This document shows, piece after piece, positions 1 to 45,705 of a stretch of 64,000 nt of DNA. The position numbers were made by a program, and so were the translations under genes. How positions within the stretch are numbered: the first letter of the stretch is position 1; every line of letters starts with the position of its first letter. The stretch is from the human T2T-CHM13v2.0 reference genome, Homo sapiens: NCBI RefSeq assembly GCF_009914755.1, contig NC_060926.1, one strand, 5' to 3'. Under the pieces are notes generated by a model, which was not told the DNA's origin, searched no databases, and was given only the letters and a program-made list of their open reading frames with translations.

Positions 1-217
<217 letters not shown>

Positions 218-229
218 TCAATATAATCA

Positions 230-1602
230 ATATTTCTTTGACCCCTATATTCCTCTCTAGCTATTATATAATTTCTCTGCTCCTTTTACAGGCAAACTTC
301 TCAACAACTTGCCATGTTCACTTTGTCCGTGTCCTCGCCTCCCACTCACTGCTTCACACATTCCAACATGACTTTTCCCTACCATTCCATCAAAACTTCT
401 CAGCAAGGTCTCTAATAACCTCCATGTTGCCAGAGCCAACAATATGACACTTTCCTTTCTTCAGCTCAGTCCACCACTCAGCAGCTCTTAGTACTGGACA
501 GTCAGCCACCCCATCCCTTATTGAAACATGTTCCTCATAGCCTCCAGACACCATGCTGTCTAGTTTTCCTCCCAGCTCTGCCTCCTTGGCAGGCTACTCT
601 TCCCTTGGGGACCTCGAAATCTCTTCCCAGCTGGTCTCATCTATTCCCGTGGCTTAAAATACCATCTATAAGCCAATGACTCCCAAATTTGTATCCTCAG
701 CACAACCATCTCATCTGACTTATATCTCTAACTACCTTCTTGGTGATTCCACTTAGATGTCTCATGGGCACATATCTCAAACCCAAGTCTAAACCTCAAT
801 TCCTGACTTTTTTCTTGCCCAAATATGTTCCTTTCCCATATATGACCCCACCGTCCACCTGGTTACTCAAAAACCCAATCATCCTAGATTCCTCCTTCTC
901 CTCCGCTTCCAACCATCATTGAGCCTTGTCATCTCTACCTCCAAAATACAGCTGGAGTGGCTTCACTTCTCTCTGTCACCCCTAATGTACGCCCCAGCTC
1001 TCCCGGGGCCGCTGCAGTAGCCTCCCTCCTGTCTTCCTGCTTCTGCTGCCATCCATGCTTCACACAGCAGCTAGGTGCACAGTGCACTTCAGATGTAAAT
1101 AGGATTATGTGGGCCCACGTAAAAGCCTCATGGGTGACATTCCTTATCTATGGCCTTCCAGGTCCTGGGTGATCTGGCACCCGCTGACCTCTCCCATTTC
1201 CCTCCCTTGACTTTCTCCTCTCACTGTCATCCGTGCTCTCCTCCTTCCTGGTCCTCAAACACTCCAAGCTTGGTTCCATTTCAGAGCCTTCCTACAGGTT
1301 GTTCCCTGCCCTGCAGACCTGCTCTTCTCTGTCCCCATCAGGTGGGCCTCTCTCTCTTTGAGCCTCAGCTTTAATGCTGGCTCCTTAGGGAGGCCTCCTC
1401 TGCCCAAACCCCTGTTTGTACCCCCTTTTGTGTTTACATAGCTCTTTGTTTGTTTACATGTTTCTTGCCAGTGTTTCTTCACTAGCTCATGAGCTCCACG
1501 AGGGCAGGCAGCTTGCCTCTGTTGCTCACCACTGTATCAGCATCACCTAGGATGGTGCTTAGCACATACTGGAAACTCAGTAAATACTCAGATGAATGAA
1601 TG
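230..1602 (+). mobile_element. Degenerate LINE-2 (3' part)
   Basis: L2-like segments (caaggtctctaataacctccatgttgcc; gactcccaaatttgtatc) and terminal GAATGAATG repeat at ~1595. Confidence 0.65.
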
Positions 1603-1759
1603 GTGTCTGGAATTGTAGAAAGGGGTGTTTTGGAGGAGGTACCTCCCTGAGAAGGAAGAGCAAATATTGGCCAGGCAGAGAGGGGTGTTCACTCCAGGAA
1701 TTAGGAAGCAGTGGGACCTGATGGTCACATTCTGATCTCTGCCCACTCTCCAATTATAG

Positions 1760-1918
1760 GTGAGAGTCTGGTTCCAGAACCGCAGGGTCAAGTATCAGAA
1801 GCAGCAAAAGCTGAGGGCAGCAGTTACATCTGCCGAGGCTGCCTCCCTGGATGAGCCTTCCAGCAGCTCCATCGCCAGTATCCAGAGTGATGATGCCGAG
1901 TCAGGAGTGGACGGCTGA
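1760..1918 (+). CDS. NOTO: NOTO (notochord homeobox) last coding exon: homeodomain helix 3 and C-terminus; upstream exons lie left of the window
   Basis: After acceptor ..ttatag it reads VRVWFQNRRVKYQKQQKLRAAVTSAEAASLDEPSSSSIASIQSDDAESGVDG* (TGA 1916-1918). WFQNRR is the homeodomain signature; position just upstream of SMYD5 fits known synteny. Missed by the ORF track. Confidence 0.9.
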   Translation: MRVWFQNRRVKYQKQQKLRAAVTSAEAASLDEPSSSSIASIQSDDAESGVDG

Positions 1919-2314
1919 AGACTGGGACAGAGGCCCTAGCCAGGCTGCCTGGACTAGTTCCTCCTGGGGGTACCCACTGGAGCTCCCTGCCTCACACCTC
2001 AACGAAAAGCCTCCTCAACCAGAAGAATCTGAGCTGTCAAGCAGGGACCCCCTTTTCTATACTGATTCCTGGAAACTGGAATAATGTAATGATTGGAGGC
2101 ACAGACTCTGGCCTTCAGCTATGTCCTTGGCCAACCTATGGAACTTCCGAGCCTTTTTTCTTTATCTGTATAATGGGTGCATTCATAACTTAGATCACCC
2201 AGGGGTGAGAAGATGTCTGTAAAGCAATAATGTGCCATGCACAGTGCAAAGTGTGTGGTTACTGTTAAGGCTTGTAGGCCCCTGAGTAGAGAAGACCAAC
2301 TGGAAAAAAAAAAG

Positions 2315-2913
<599 letters not shown>

Positions 2914-3154
2914 AGCTCCCCTCACCTGGGGGAGTAATACCTGTACCAGCAATTAATATTTTCCTGGCCTGGCTGTGGAGAAGGAACCTCTTTGAATAAG
3001 CATCTGGGCATAGAAGACTCTTCACCATCAGAAGGAGTTGAGAGCAAAGAAGAGAAGGTAGACTGTTTAGCCCACTTCACAAAGTTTCCCAACGTTTTCT
3101 TGTTTTGTCTGAACTGTTACCATTCTCAGAAGAAGCTCAGGCCCAGCAGCAAAG

Positions 3155-3400
3155 ACAAGGACTCGCTCTGTCACCCAGACTGGAGTGCAGTGGTGCAATC
3201 ATAGCTCACGGCAGCCTCAACCTCCTGGGCTCTAGTGATCCTCCCACCTTAGCCTCCTAAGCAGCTGGGACTACAGGCGCGTGACACCACGCCTGGCTAA
3301 TTTTTAACATTTTTTGTAGAGACAACGTCCACTTGTTGCCCAGGCTGGTCTTGAATTCCAGGCTTCAAGTGGTTCTCCTGCCTTGGCCTCCCAAAGCCCC
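3155..3400 (-). mobile_element. Alu (J-type)
   Basis: Reverse-complement Alu with AluJ-like gcaatcatagctcac. Confidence 0.85.
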
Positions 3401-3710
3401 ATCTTTTTATAGAATAATTTGTGTATGCCAAGGCTGGCATTTTGTCATAAACTCTGCTGTGTTTTCACAGGACAGTTATAATTTCCCCCTTTCATGACTC
3501 TGACTCATGGCTCCTTTTTCTTCTCAAGAATGTGCTCGATTTCTCTGAAAGAAGCCTGCTGCCAGGATTTGCAGAGCTGATTTCTGTAGCACAGACCATT
3601 CAGATTCTAGAATGGCTCTTGGGGACTGAGCTGAGGGATGGAAGGAAGCCTGCCCTGCCACCTGGTGGTGAGTGAGGGCACGGCCCCCAGCTGCTCTCGG
3701 GTAGGTTTGC

Positions 3711-3924
3711 CCCCAAGTACGTGGACTATTCGCTCCCTGACACCGGGCTGCAGGCTTGAGGGGACCCAGGGTCGGTTTCAAGAGCCTCTTCTCTGGCCCT
3801 GCCAACTATCTATCTCCCCCAAGTCCGTGGACTATTCGCTCCTTGACACCAGGTTGCAAGCTTGAGGAGAGGCAGGGTCAGTTTCAAGAACCTTTCTCTG
3901 TCCCTGCCAACTATCTATCTATCT
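3711..3924. repeat. Diverged tandem duplication, period 106 bp, 2 copies
   Basis: ccccaagt(a/c)cgtggactattcgctcc...ccctgccaactatctatct starts at 3711 and again at 3817. Confidence 0.9.
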
Positions 3925-3944
3925 ATAATTATTTGATAGATAAT

Positions 3945-4160
3945 TGTGGCTTGATCACGGCTCATTGCAGTCTAGACCTCCCCAGGTTCAGGTGATCCTC
4001 CCACGCATCACCACGCCCGGCAAATTTTTCTATTTTTTGGAGAGACAAGGTCTCACTACGTTGCCCAGTCTGTTCTTGAGCCCGGGAGCTGGAGGCTGCC
4101 GTGAGCCGAGATCGCCCCATGCCAGTATGGGCGACAAAGCGAGACCCTGTCTCAAACAAA
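3945..4160. mobile_element. Fused antisense and sense Alu fragments
   Basis: Antisense Alu piece to ~4079 joined directly to a sense right-arm piece ending gtctcaaa. Confidence 0.75.
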
Positions 4161-4685
4161 ACTCACAAAATCAGGGGACAAGGAAACAAAACAAGGCTTG
4201 ATAGTCAGGCCTAGCTGTGGGGACAAATGCCATAGGTCTGTGGTTTGCAGCTTCTTGGGGTCCTGAGAGAACAGGCCCCTCCCCCTTTTCACGACAGTGT
4301 GTGCATATGCACACTCACTTCTGTATCCAGTTTCAGAGGTTCTCAGATCTGAGGTCCCCTATGGACTCCTCCGCTACCCCCGGTTGCAAGGTCCCTAAGC
4401 CATTGAAGAATCTGACAGAGGCACAAGTCCACCCTGACCTTTGGCAGGACTGTTCTGCTGCCAGAGGGATTACCGAGAAAGGAAATCTTGTCCTGGACTC
4501 TTCAAGTGGGGTGAGTGAGCTCCGGGGTATAAGCTAGTCCTTCCCTTCAGGCTGAGAGCTAGACAGGATAGGAGTAAGTTGGCCTTCTGCTGTCCCACTC
4601 TAGGGCTGGGTCCAAAGAGCGCTTTACTCAGTGAAGACAGGCCACTGTGTGGACAGAGACAACATACATAGAAACATGCATCGGA

Positions 4686-4975
4686 GGCCGGGCGAGGTGG
4701 CTCACGCCTGTAATCCCAACACTTTAGGAGGTCGAGGCGGGCGGATCACTTGAGGTCAGGAGTTCGAGACCAGCCTGGCCAACATGGTGAAACCCCTAAA
4801 AATACAAAAATTAGCTGGGCTTAGTGGCGCACGCCTGTACGCCCAGCTACTCGGGAGGCTGAGGCAGGAGAATGAATCACTTGAACCTGGGAGGCAGAGG
4901 TTGCACTGAGCCGAGATCGCGCCACTGCACACCAGCCTGGGCGACAGAGTGAGACTATCTCAAAAAAAAAAAACC
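4686..4975 (+). mobile_element. Alu (S-type) just upstream of the SMYD5 promoter
   Basis: GGCCGGGCG..GGCTCACGCCTGTAATCCCA to poly(A). Confidence 0.92.
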
Positions 4976-5255
4976 ACAACAAAACATGCAACGGACTCAA
5001 AGATACACACATCAAAACTGTACGCGCACACAGACTCTGATACAGAGGTACAGACACAAAAAGGCACCGATGTAAAAGCACAAAGGCAGGCCCAGTTACA
5101 CTCCCGTCAACAAACCACGGAACCTAAATTCAGACTTGGTGGAGCCCAAAACCTCGCAGCCTCAGGGGCACTCTCGCCGGGGGCGGGACCAGAAGGGGGT
5201 GTGGCCTCTCAGGTCGAGGCGGGGTTAAGGGTCATAAGGCGGAGGCGCGCCCAAG

Positions 5256-16935
<11,680 letters not shown>

Positions 16936-18191
16936 TGTTGCCCTGCCCAGAAAGGGCCCTGCCCTAGACCCTGCCAGAAAAGGGGGCTCTTCCCCCAGAG
17001 AAGTGGCTTGGAGGGAACTTCCCACTCCCATTGCCTGCTTTCCCCATTCCAGCCCTCTCTGCTAGAGGGTAGGAGAGAGCCTGGATCTCTGGCCCCAACC
17101 CCCACCAGACCTCATGCCCTGGACACTGCTGCTGAGTTGGCTCAGACTCTGCACTGGCACTGAGCCTTTCACAACTGGCCTCCCCTTGAGGTTCCTCCAC
17201 TCTAGGGTTTGAGGGGCTGGAATCAGGGCCAGGGCCTAACAGTGTTTCTTCCCCTCGGCCCCACGGCCCATACTCACCCCTTCACCTGAGGCTTCTCCCC
17301 TCTCAACTTGCTGTTGATTTCTTTTGAGGGGTAAAAGAAAGACCGAGTTCATTGAAGCAGAGATGGGAGGTGGTGAGGCGTCCTCACCTCCCCCCACCAC
17401 AGCTGTGGCTGGTAAGGCAACTGCTTGACCACTGGCCCAGCAAGCAGAGGCGGGCAGGAGGATCTGGGCATCCTGAGCCCCTTCCCTGAGGCTGTCTCCT
17501 GGGAATGCTGGACCAGGGGGATTACTTCCCCCACCCACACCCCCATTTGGACATCTGGGGAAGTGGAGATTAACCCCTCCCCCAGACTCGTGCCTTGCCT
17601 CTCAGGACCTGGCACAGTGGCTGGCCTTATGGAGTATGGAAAAGGCCTCTGCCTTCCTCAGGAGGGACACATAGTGGGTCATCACCCTTTCTCACACCTG
17701 CTTCCCAATGAGCACTCAGCAGCATGGCTGAGACCTGGGGCTTGACAGGCCTGCGCTCCTTAGATTAGGATGCTCTGGTATTCCTGGGGCCAGTTAAAAT
17801 GGGTCAGTGAGGGGCTCTCCTGGCCTCAATCTCCATCTTTAGGGTCTCCACAGACTAACATTGAAGTCTTCCAGAAACCTCGAGGAGCTGGGCTAGATAC
17901 TTCGAGAGTAGCCCTGTCTTGTCCCCTCCTACCCCCAGATTAGCACCACCCCTCTCACTCTTGGGTTGGATGCTATGGGAATTACAACCCATCACTCCCA
18001 ATGCCTCCCTTTCCTGGAGGAGCCTGCTGCATTCTCCTGCTGAGGGATCCCAGAGAGGGCAGGTGCCCACCCCACAGGCCCTTTCCTGGACCATGGAGCC
18101 AGGTGAAACCTGTCTGGCCCCTTACCCATTGGGTTCTTACTCCTTCACAACGGTCAGCACTCCTCTCCCAGCCCCCCTGCCCACTGTTCTC

Positions 18192-18197
18192 AATAAA
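18192..18197 (+). terminator. SMYD5: SMYD5 polyadenylation signal
   Basis: AATAAA about 1.26 kb after the stop, followed by GT-rich sequence. Confidence 0.75.
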
Positions 18198-18439
18198 ATG
18201 TGAGTGGTGAGAGGCCTCTGCAGGAATGCTTTGTGGCAAGTGGCTGGGCAGGCTGCCCCGGGCGTGCAGCAGGCACAGGTGGGTGCAAAGGAATACCAAT
18301 TAGACCAGGTAATGGTAGGAGATGGGAGCTCCAGGCTCACCAGCTTGGGCTCACCTCTACTGTTATTTACACCCTGCTATGCAAATGTTCTAATGCCCAA
18401 GAGCAAGGGTCCTCTGAGGTCCAGTTTGGGTGGTTTTTA

Positions 18440-18730
18440 AATTTTGAGACAGGGTCTCACCTTGTCACCCAGGCTGGCATGCAGCAATGCAATCATAGCT
18501 CACTACAGCCTTGAACTTCTGGGCCCAAGTGATCCTCCCACCTCCGCCTCCTGAGTAGCTGGGACTATAGGCTCACACCACCACACCCAGCTAATTTTTA
18601 ATTTTTCTGTAGAGATGGGATCTTGCTATGTTGTTGCCAAGGCTGGTCTTGAATTCTTGGCCTCAACTGATCCTCCCACCTCGGCCTCCCAAAGTGCTGG
18701 GATTACAGGCATGGGCCACCATGCCTAGCC
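18440..18730 (-). mobile_element. Alu (J-type) between the SMYD5 and PRADC1 3' ends
   Basis: Reverse-complement Alu consensus. Confidence 0.88.
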
Positions 18731-19014
18731 CTGAGGTCCAGTTTGGACCCCCAGTTCCAGGCTCTAAGATGAGTCTTCTCCTGAGGGGCTGAACTCTGGC
18801 TTCCCAGGGCTTCCTTGGCTCCTAGCAGGAAGCTGTGCTGGGATCTAAGACTAGCAGTCTGAGCACTGGTCCCAAATGACCTAGGCCAGTCACTGTCCTC
18901 TGTGGGTGTTTCCTTTCCTCAGAACGACAGTATGGGACGATACGAGTGAGTTTGAAGGTCCTGCCCACCCGTGTGCTCTTATTCTAGGACACAGTTGCAA
19001 CCCTGATGAGAAGC

Positions 19015-19045
19015 TTTATTGCTAAAAAGTCAGTGAGGGTTTATT
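19015..19045 (-). terminator. PRADC1: PRADC1 tandem polyadenylation signals
   Basis: Two TTTATT (AATAAA on -) at 19015-19020 and 19040-19045, about 400 nt after the stop. Confidence 0.75.
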
Positions 19046-19442
19046 GAGTCCCCAAACACCAGCTCTTTAAACCACTCCAACAACTGCTGTGAAGGTCACT
19101 GTGCAGAGACCCTGGGTAGGGGAGGCTGGAGCCAGGTGAGTGTGACAGGTCACAGATGGCTCTCAGGCCACCTGCCTTCAGCTCCTTTTGTTTCGGGTTC
19201 TAGCCAGAAGCCCTGGGGCCTGTCTCTTGCCTCTTCTTGTAGCATGAGACACCCTTGGGGGCCCTGGGGAAGGGAAGGCCAGTGGTGTGGCTTCCCTTTC
19301 AGCCTAGCAACGCCCAAACCCTTTTCCTCTACCTGGCTCCACTTGTCCCCAGATGCTATCTCCAAATTCCAAGTAGCAAAATTCCTGGGTTTCCCCTTCC
19401 CAGCTCAGAGTCACTTATGGCTGGAATGTGGGACAAACTCTT

Positions 19443-24218
<4,776 letters not shown>

Positions 24219-24611
24219 TCAGCCTGACAGCTGCTCCGGCCTCCCGCCCACATACCCGCTCTCGCCGCGGGCTGGACGACGGGAACGAGGCTCAAGGCTG
24301 ATTGGCTCTGACGCCTGCTCATGTAGCCACACTTTCCGCCTCTGCGCCTTAGCCTACTTCCTATTGGTCGAGAGAAGTGGAGCCGGGGGCTGATTGGCTT
24401 AAACTCTTAACAGCTACAACCGGCCTTCGCCTCAGCCCCGCCCCAGCATACTCTCCGGGTCCTCGCTGGCGGTGGGCGGGCCAGGGAGGACAAGCACTGG
24501 AGGTGTGCCCGTAGCCGGACTTGCTTCAGCTGTCGATAGTCGAGGCCGTTAACCCTTGCGGTCTCGGTCCTGTCCACTCCAAGGCCGCCTCGATTGACGA
24601 CGATTAGCCTT

Positions 24612-24656
24612 CTCCCAGCTGCGCTTCCCTCCTCCCAGCTGCGCTTCCCTCCTCCC
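24612..24656. repeat. 20-bp tandem repeat, 2.25 copies
   Basis: CTCCCAGCTGCGCTTCCCTC x2 plus CTCCC. Confidence 0.9.
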
Positions 24657-24849
24657 CACGCCTTCACGGGAAGGCACTCGTCTTGCGCCAGGGGGTCTTC
24701 CGCCCAGTGCCACCAACGCTTGCGCGCTCACCGTGGATAGGCGCTGGGGCCGCGGCCTGGCGCACGCCATCCACGAGGAGCCTCTGGCCAGTGCAAAGCC
24801 AGAAAACGGGCATTGGGGGCAGCTTCCCACGCTCGTCCCGTTGACACTG

Positions 24850-24990
24850 ACTATGTAACTGTGACACTGGACACCTTGACCTCTCAGCCTCCTTTCTGTC
24901 ATCAGTAAAATGGCCTTAATAGGACCAACGCAATAGGGTTGTGAGGATTAAATGAGATCGCTCACGTAAAGTGCTTTGGCACCAGCCTAT
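24850..24990 (+). mobile_element. MIR inside the bidirectional promoter region
   Basis: Core ..ctcagcctcc..atcagtaaaatgg..taatag..atagggttgtgaggattaaatgagat. Confidence 0.8.
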
Positions 24991-25367
24991 CCCACACTTT
25001 GCGTCCCACACTTTTGCCTTTATTGCATTCCTTGGTCTGGCGTCCGGGGATGGAGGAGGGTGGAATTAAGTTAGTAGGTGATGCGGGCCGAGCAAAGACC
25101 CTCCGTGCTCTAAGAAGCACGACCGAAATGCGGCGACCCCTCTTTAATGAACGCCCCTCACTAGAGAGTCCCCGAAGCCCAGCCTCAGGTCCTTCTAGCC
25201 GCACCGAGTCGGTGGTAACGAACCATAGAGTAGCGGAAGTGGTCCGTTCTCTTCCTCTCCCGGCCCAAGCTTCTGGGTATTTCTATTGCGCGAGGCATTG
25301 TGGGTTGCTGGGCGGCCCGGTCTCGGAGAAGAGGGGAGAGTGGCGGGCCGCTGAATAAGCTTCCAAA

Positions 25368-43852
<18,485 letters not shown>

Positions 43853-43977
43853 GAGGCACCCCACCCATCACATGGCTGGCTGGCTGCTGGGTGCACTTAC
43901 CCTCCTTGGCTTGGTTACTTCATTTTACAAGGAAGGGGTAGTAATTGGCCCACTCTCTTCTTACTGGAGGCTATTTA

Positions 43978-43983
43978 AATAAA
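43978..43983 (+). terminator. CCT7: CCT7 polyadenylation signal
   Basis: AATAAA about 125 nt after the stop, T-rich downstream. Confidence 0.8.
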
Positions 43984-45269
43984 ATGTAAGACTTCAGATA
44001 ACTTTGTAAATTATTTTGGCATGGTACTCATAAATGTCTGGCTGTAGCTCAGAATTTTAGCTTTACATGCACTTGTCCAACAGGGAGACAAGAGCATCCT
44101 GGGGTGAGCTCCACTAGAGTGGCCCGTCTGGAAGTTTCACTGTGGTTGCATTCTTTGTTCCAGAAGTGGCTGGACAACACGCAGTTGCTTTCTTCTGGCA
44201 TCATCTTATTTAGCCCTGGCCTAGCCAGACACTGCTCTCAGGGTTTCTCTGGTTTGAGTAAATGGGTTACATTACCTTGTCTGCCCCTTCTATCTCCATA
44301 TTCTTTTGGTTTAGTCTTTTGTTCCCTCTTACTCAAGACTGTGAGAAGGGTGTTTTAGGGAGGGCTTATGCTCTCTAAACTCTAGTGATCCCTTGGAAGT
44401 CTACTAAGGAGACGACTGAAAGCACCCACCTAGTCTTTTCAGTTCAGCCCCCAGTGATCTTGGTCCTTCTGCTTTCTTGTGACCAATGGGAGTTTGGAAT
44501 GGCTGGCACAGATGAGCTGGAAATCCAGCAGTGTCTAACATCCTCCTGATTTACACTGGTCCTGATAGCTGGCCTGCACCCTGCTGTAGTTGGTCGTTGT
44601 TAAAAGCTGGAGGTAAATGATGATGTCATTGTCAGCCATTGAGACTTGCTAGCTAAAACTGGGAAGTGATTTTTAAAAAAAATTCTCTGAACCCAGCCAC
44701 TCCTGGTTAGATGGACTCTAAAGCACAGAGGATGGCAGGCAGGTCCAGGCTTTGGAGTCTGGCATTCCTCCTAACTTGATGGTCTTTAGGTAGACTAATT
44801 TTTCTGAGCCTCTGCTATTCTACCTGTATGACAGGGTAAGAGTAGCTGGCTCAAAGAGTAGTGAGACTTAAATGTTTATTTTTATGTTAGAGACACAGTT
44901 TAAGCCTAAAAACACTTATTCTTTTTTCTGATTTTAAATATTTCAGGACCTGAGGAATCAAGTCAGGGGCAGAAGGACATTTTGTAAAATGAGGAAGTCA
45001 AGGCCAGGCCATGATGTCAACCTGGTCTCCCGCAGTCAAAGCCTGATTGGCTGGCCAGAGCCTCCTGAGTAGGCAGTCAAGCCAGGGAGGGGCTGGGCAG
45101 TGCCTGCTGCCCTGTTGTACTGGTTTTGTCCTTGAAGGTAGTCTCTCCTAGCTGAGAGTCAGAAATGATGTATCTCAAGGCGTTTCCTCTGGATACACAC
45201 ACTGAAAGCAGGGTTGAGCGGTGGCAGGACAGTCACCCTAGGTGGCTTTTCTGCAGTCCTGAGGCAAGT

Positions 45270-45557
45270 TTTTGTTGTTTCTGAGACAGGGCCTCACTCA
45301 GTTAACTAAGCTGGAGTGTGCAGTGGTGTGATCTCAGCTCACTGTAACCTCCACTTCCCTGGCTCGATATCCTCCCACCTCAGCCTCCCAAGGAGCTGGC
45401 AATACAGGCACATGCCGAGCTAATTTTTCAGTTTTTCTTGCAGAGACAGGGTTTCACTATGTTGCCCAGACTAGTCTCGAATTCCTGGGCTCAAGTGATT
45501 CTCCCGCCCCAGCCTCCCAAAGTGCTAGGATTACAGATATGAGCAACTGTGCCCGCT
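45270..45557 (-). mobile_element. Alu (J-type)
   Basis: Reverse-complement Alu consensus. Confidence 0.85.
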
Positions 45558-45699
45558 GGCAAGTCTTGTTATACTTCATTCCCCTGGGTTACCTGCCTCT
45601 CTGCACTTGAGCTGCAGAAAGACCATGATAACACAGATGATAAGTGTGGCCACATACCATTTACCTCTCTGGGGCAGATAGACCAGTTTCACCATCTTT

Positions 45700-45705
45700 T
45701 TTATT
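45700..45705 (-). terminator. FBXO41: Probable distal FBXO41 polyadenylation signal (3' UTR about 4.3 kb)
   Basis: TTTATT on + (AATAAA on -) at the end of a long repeat-poor stretch; a second candidate lies at 46951-46956. Confidence 0.6.
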
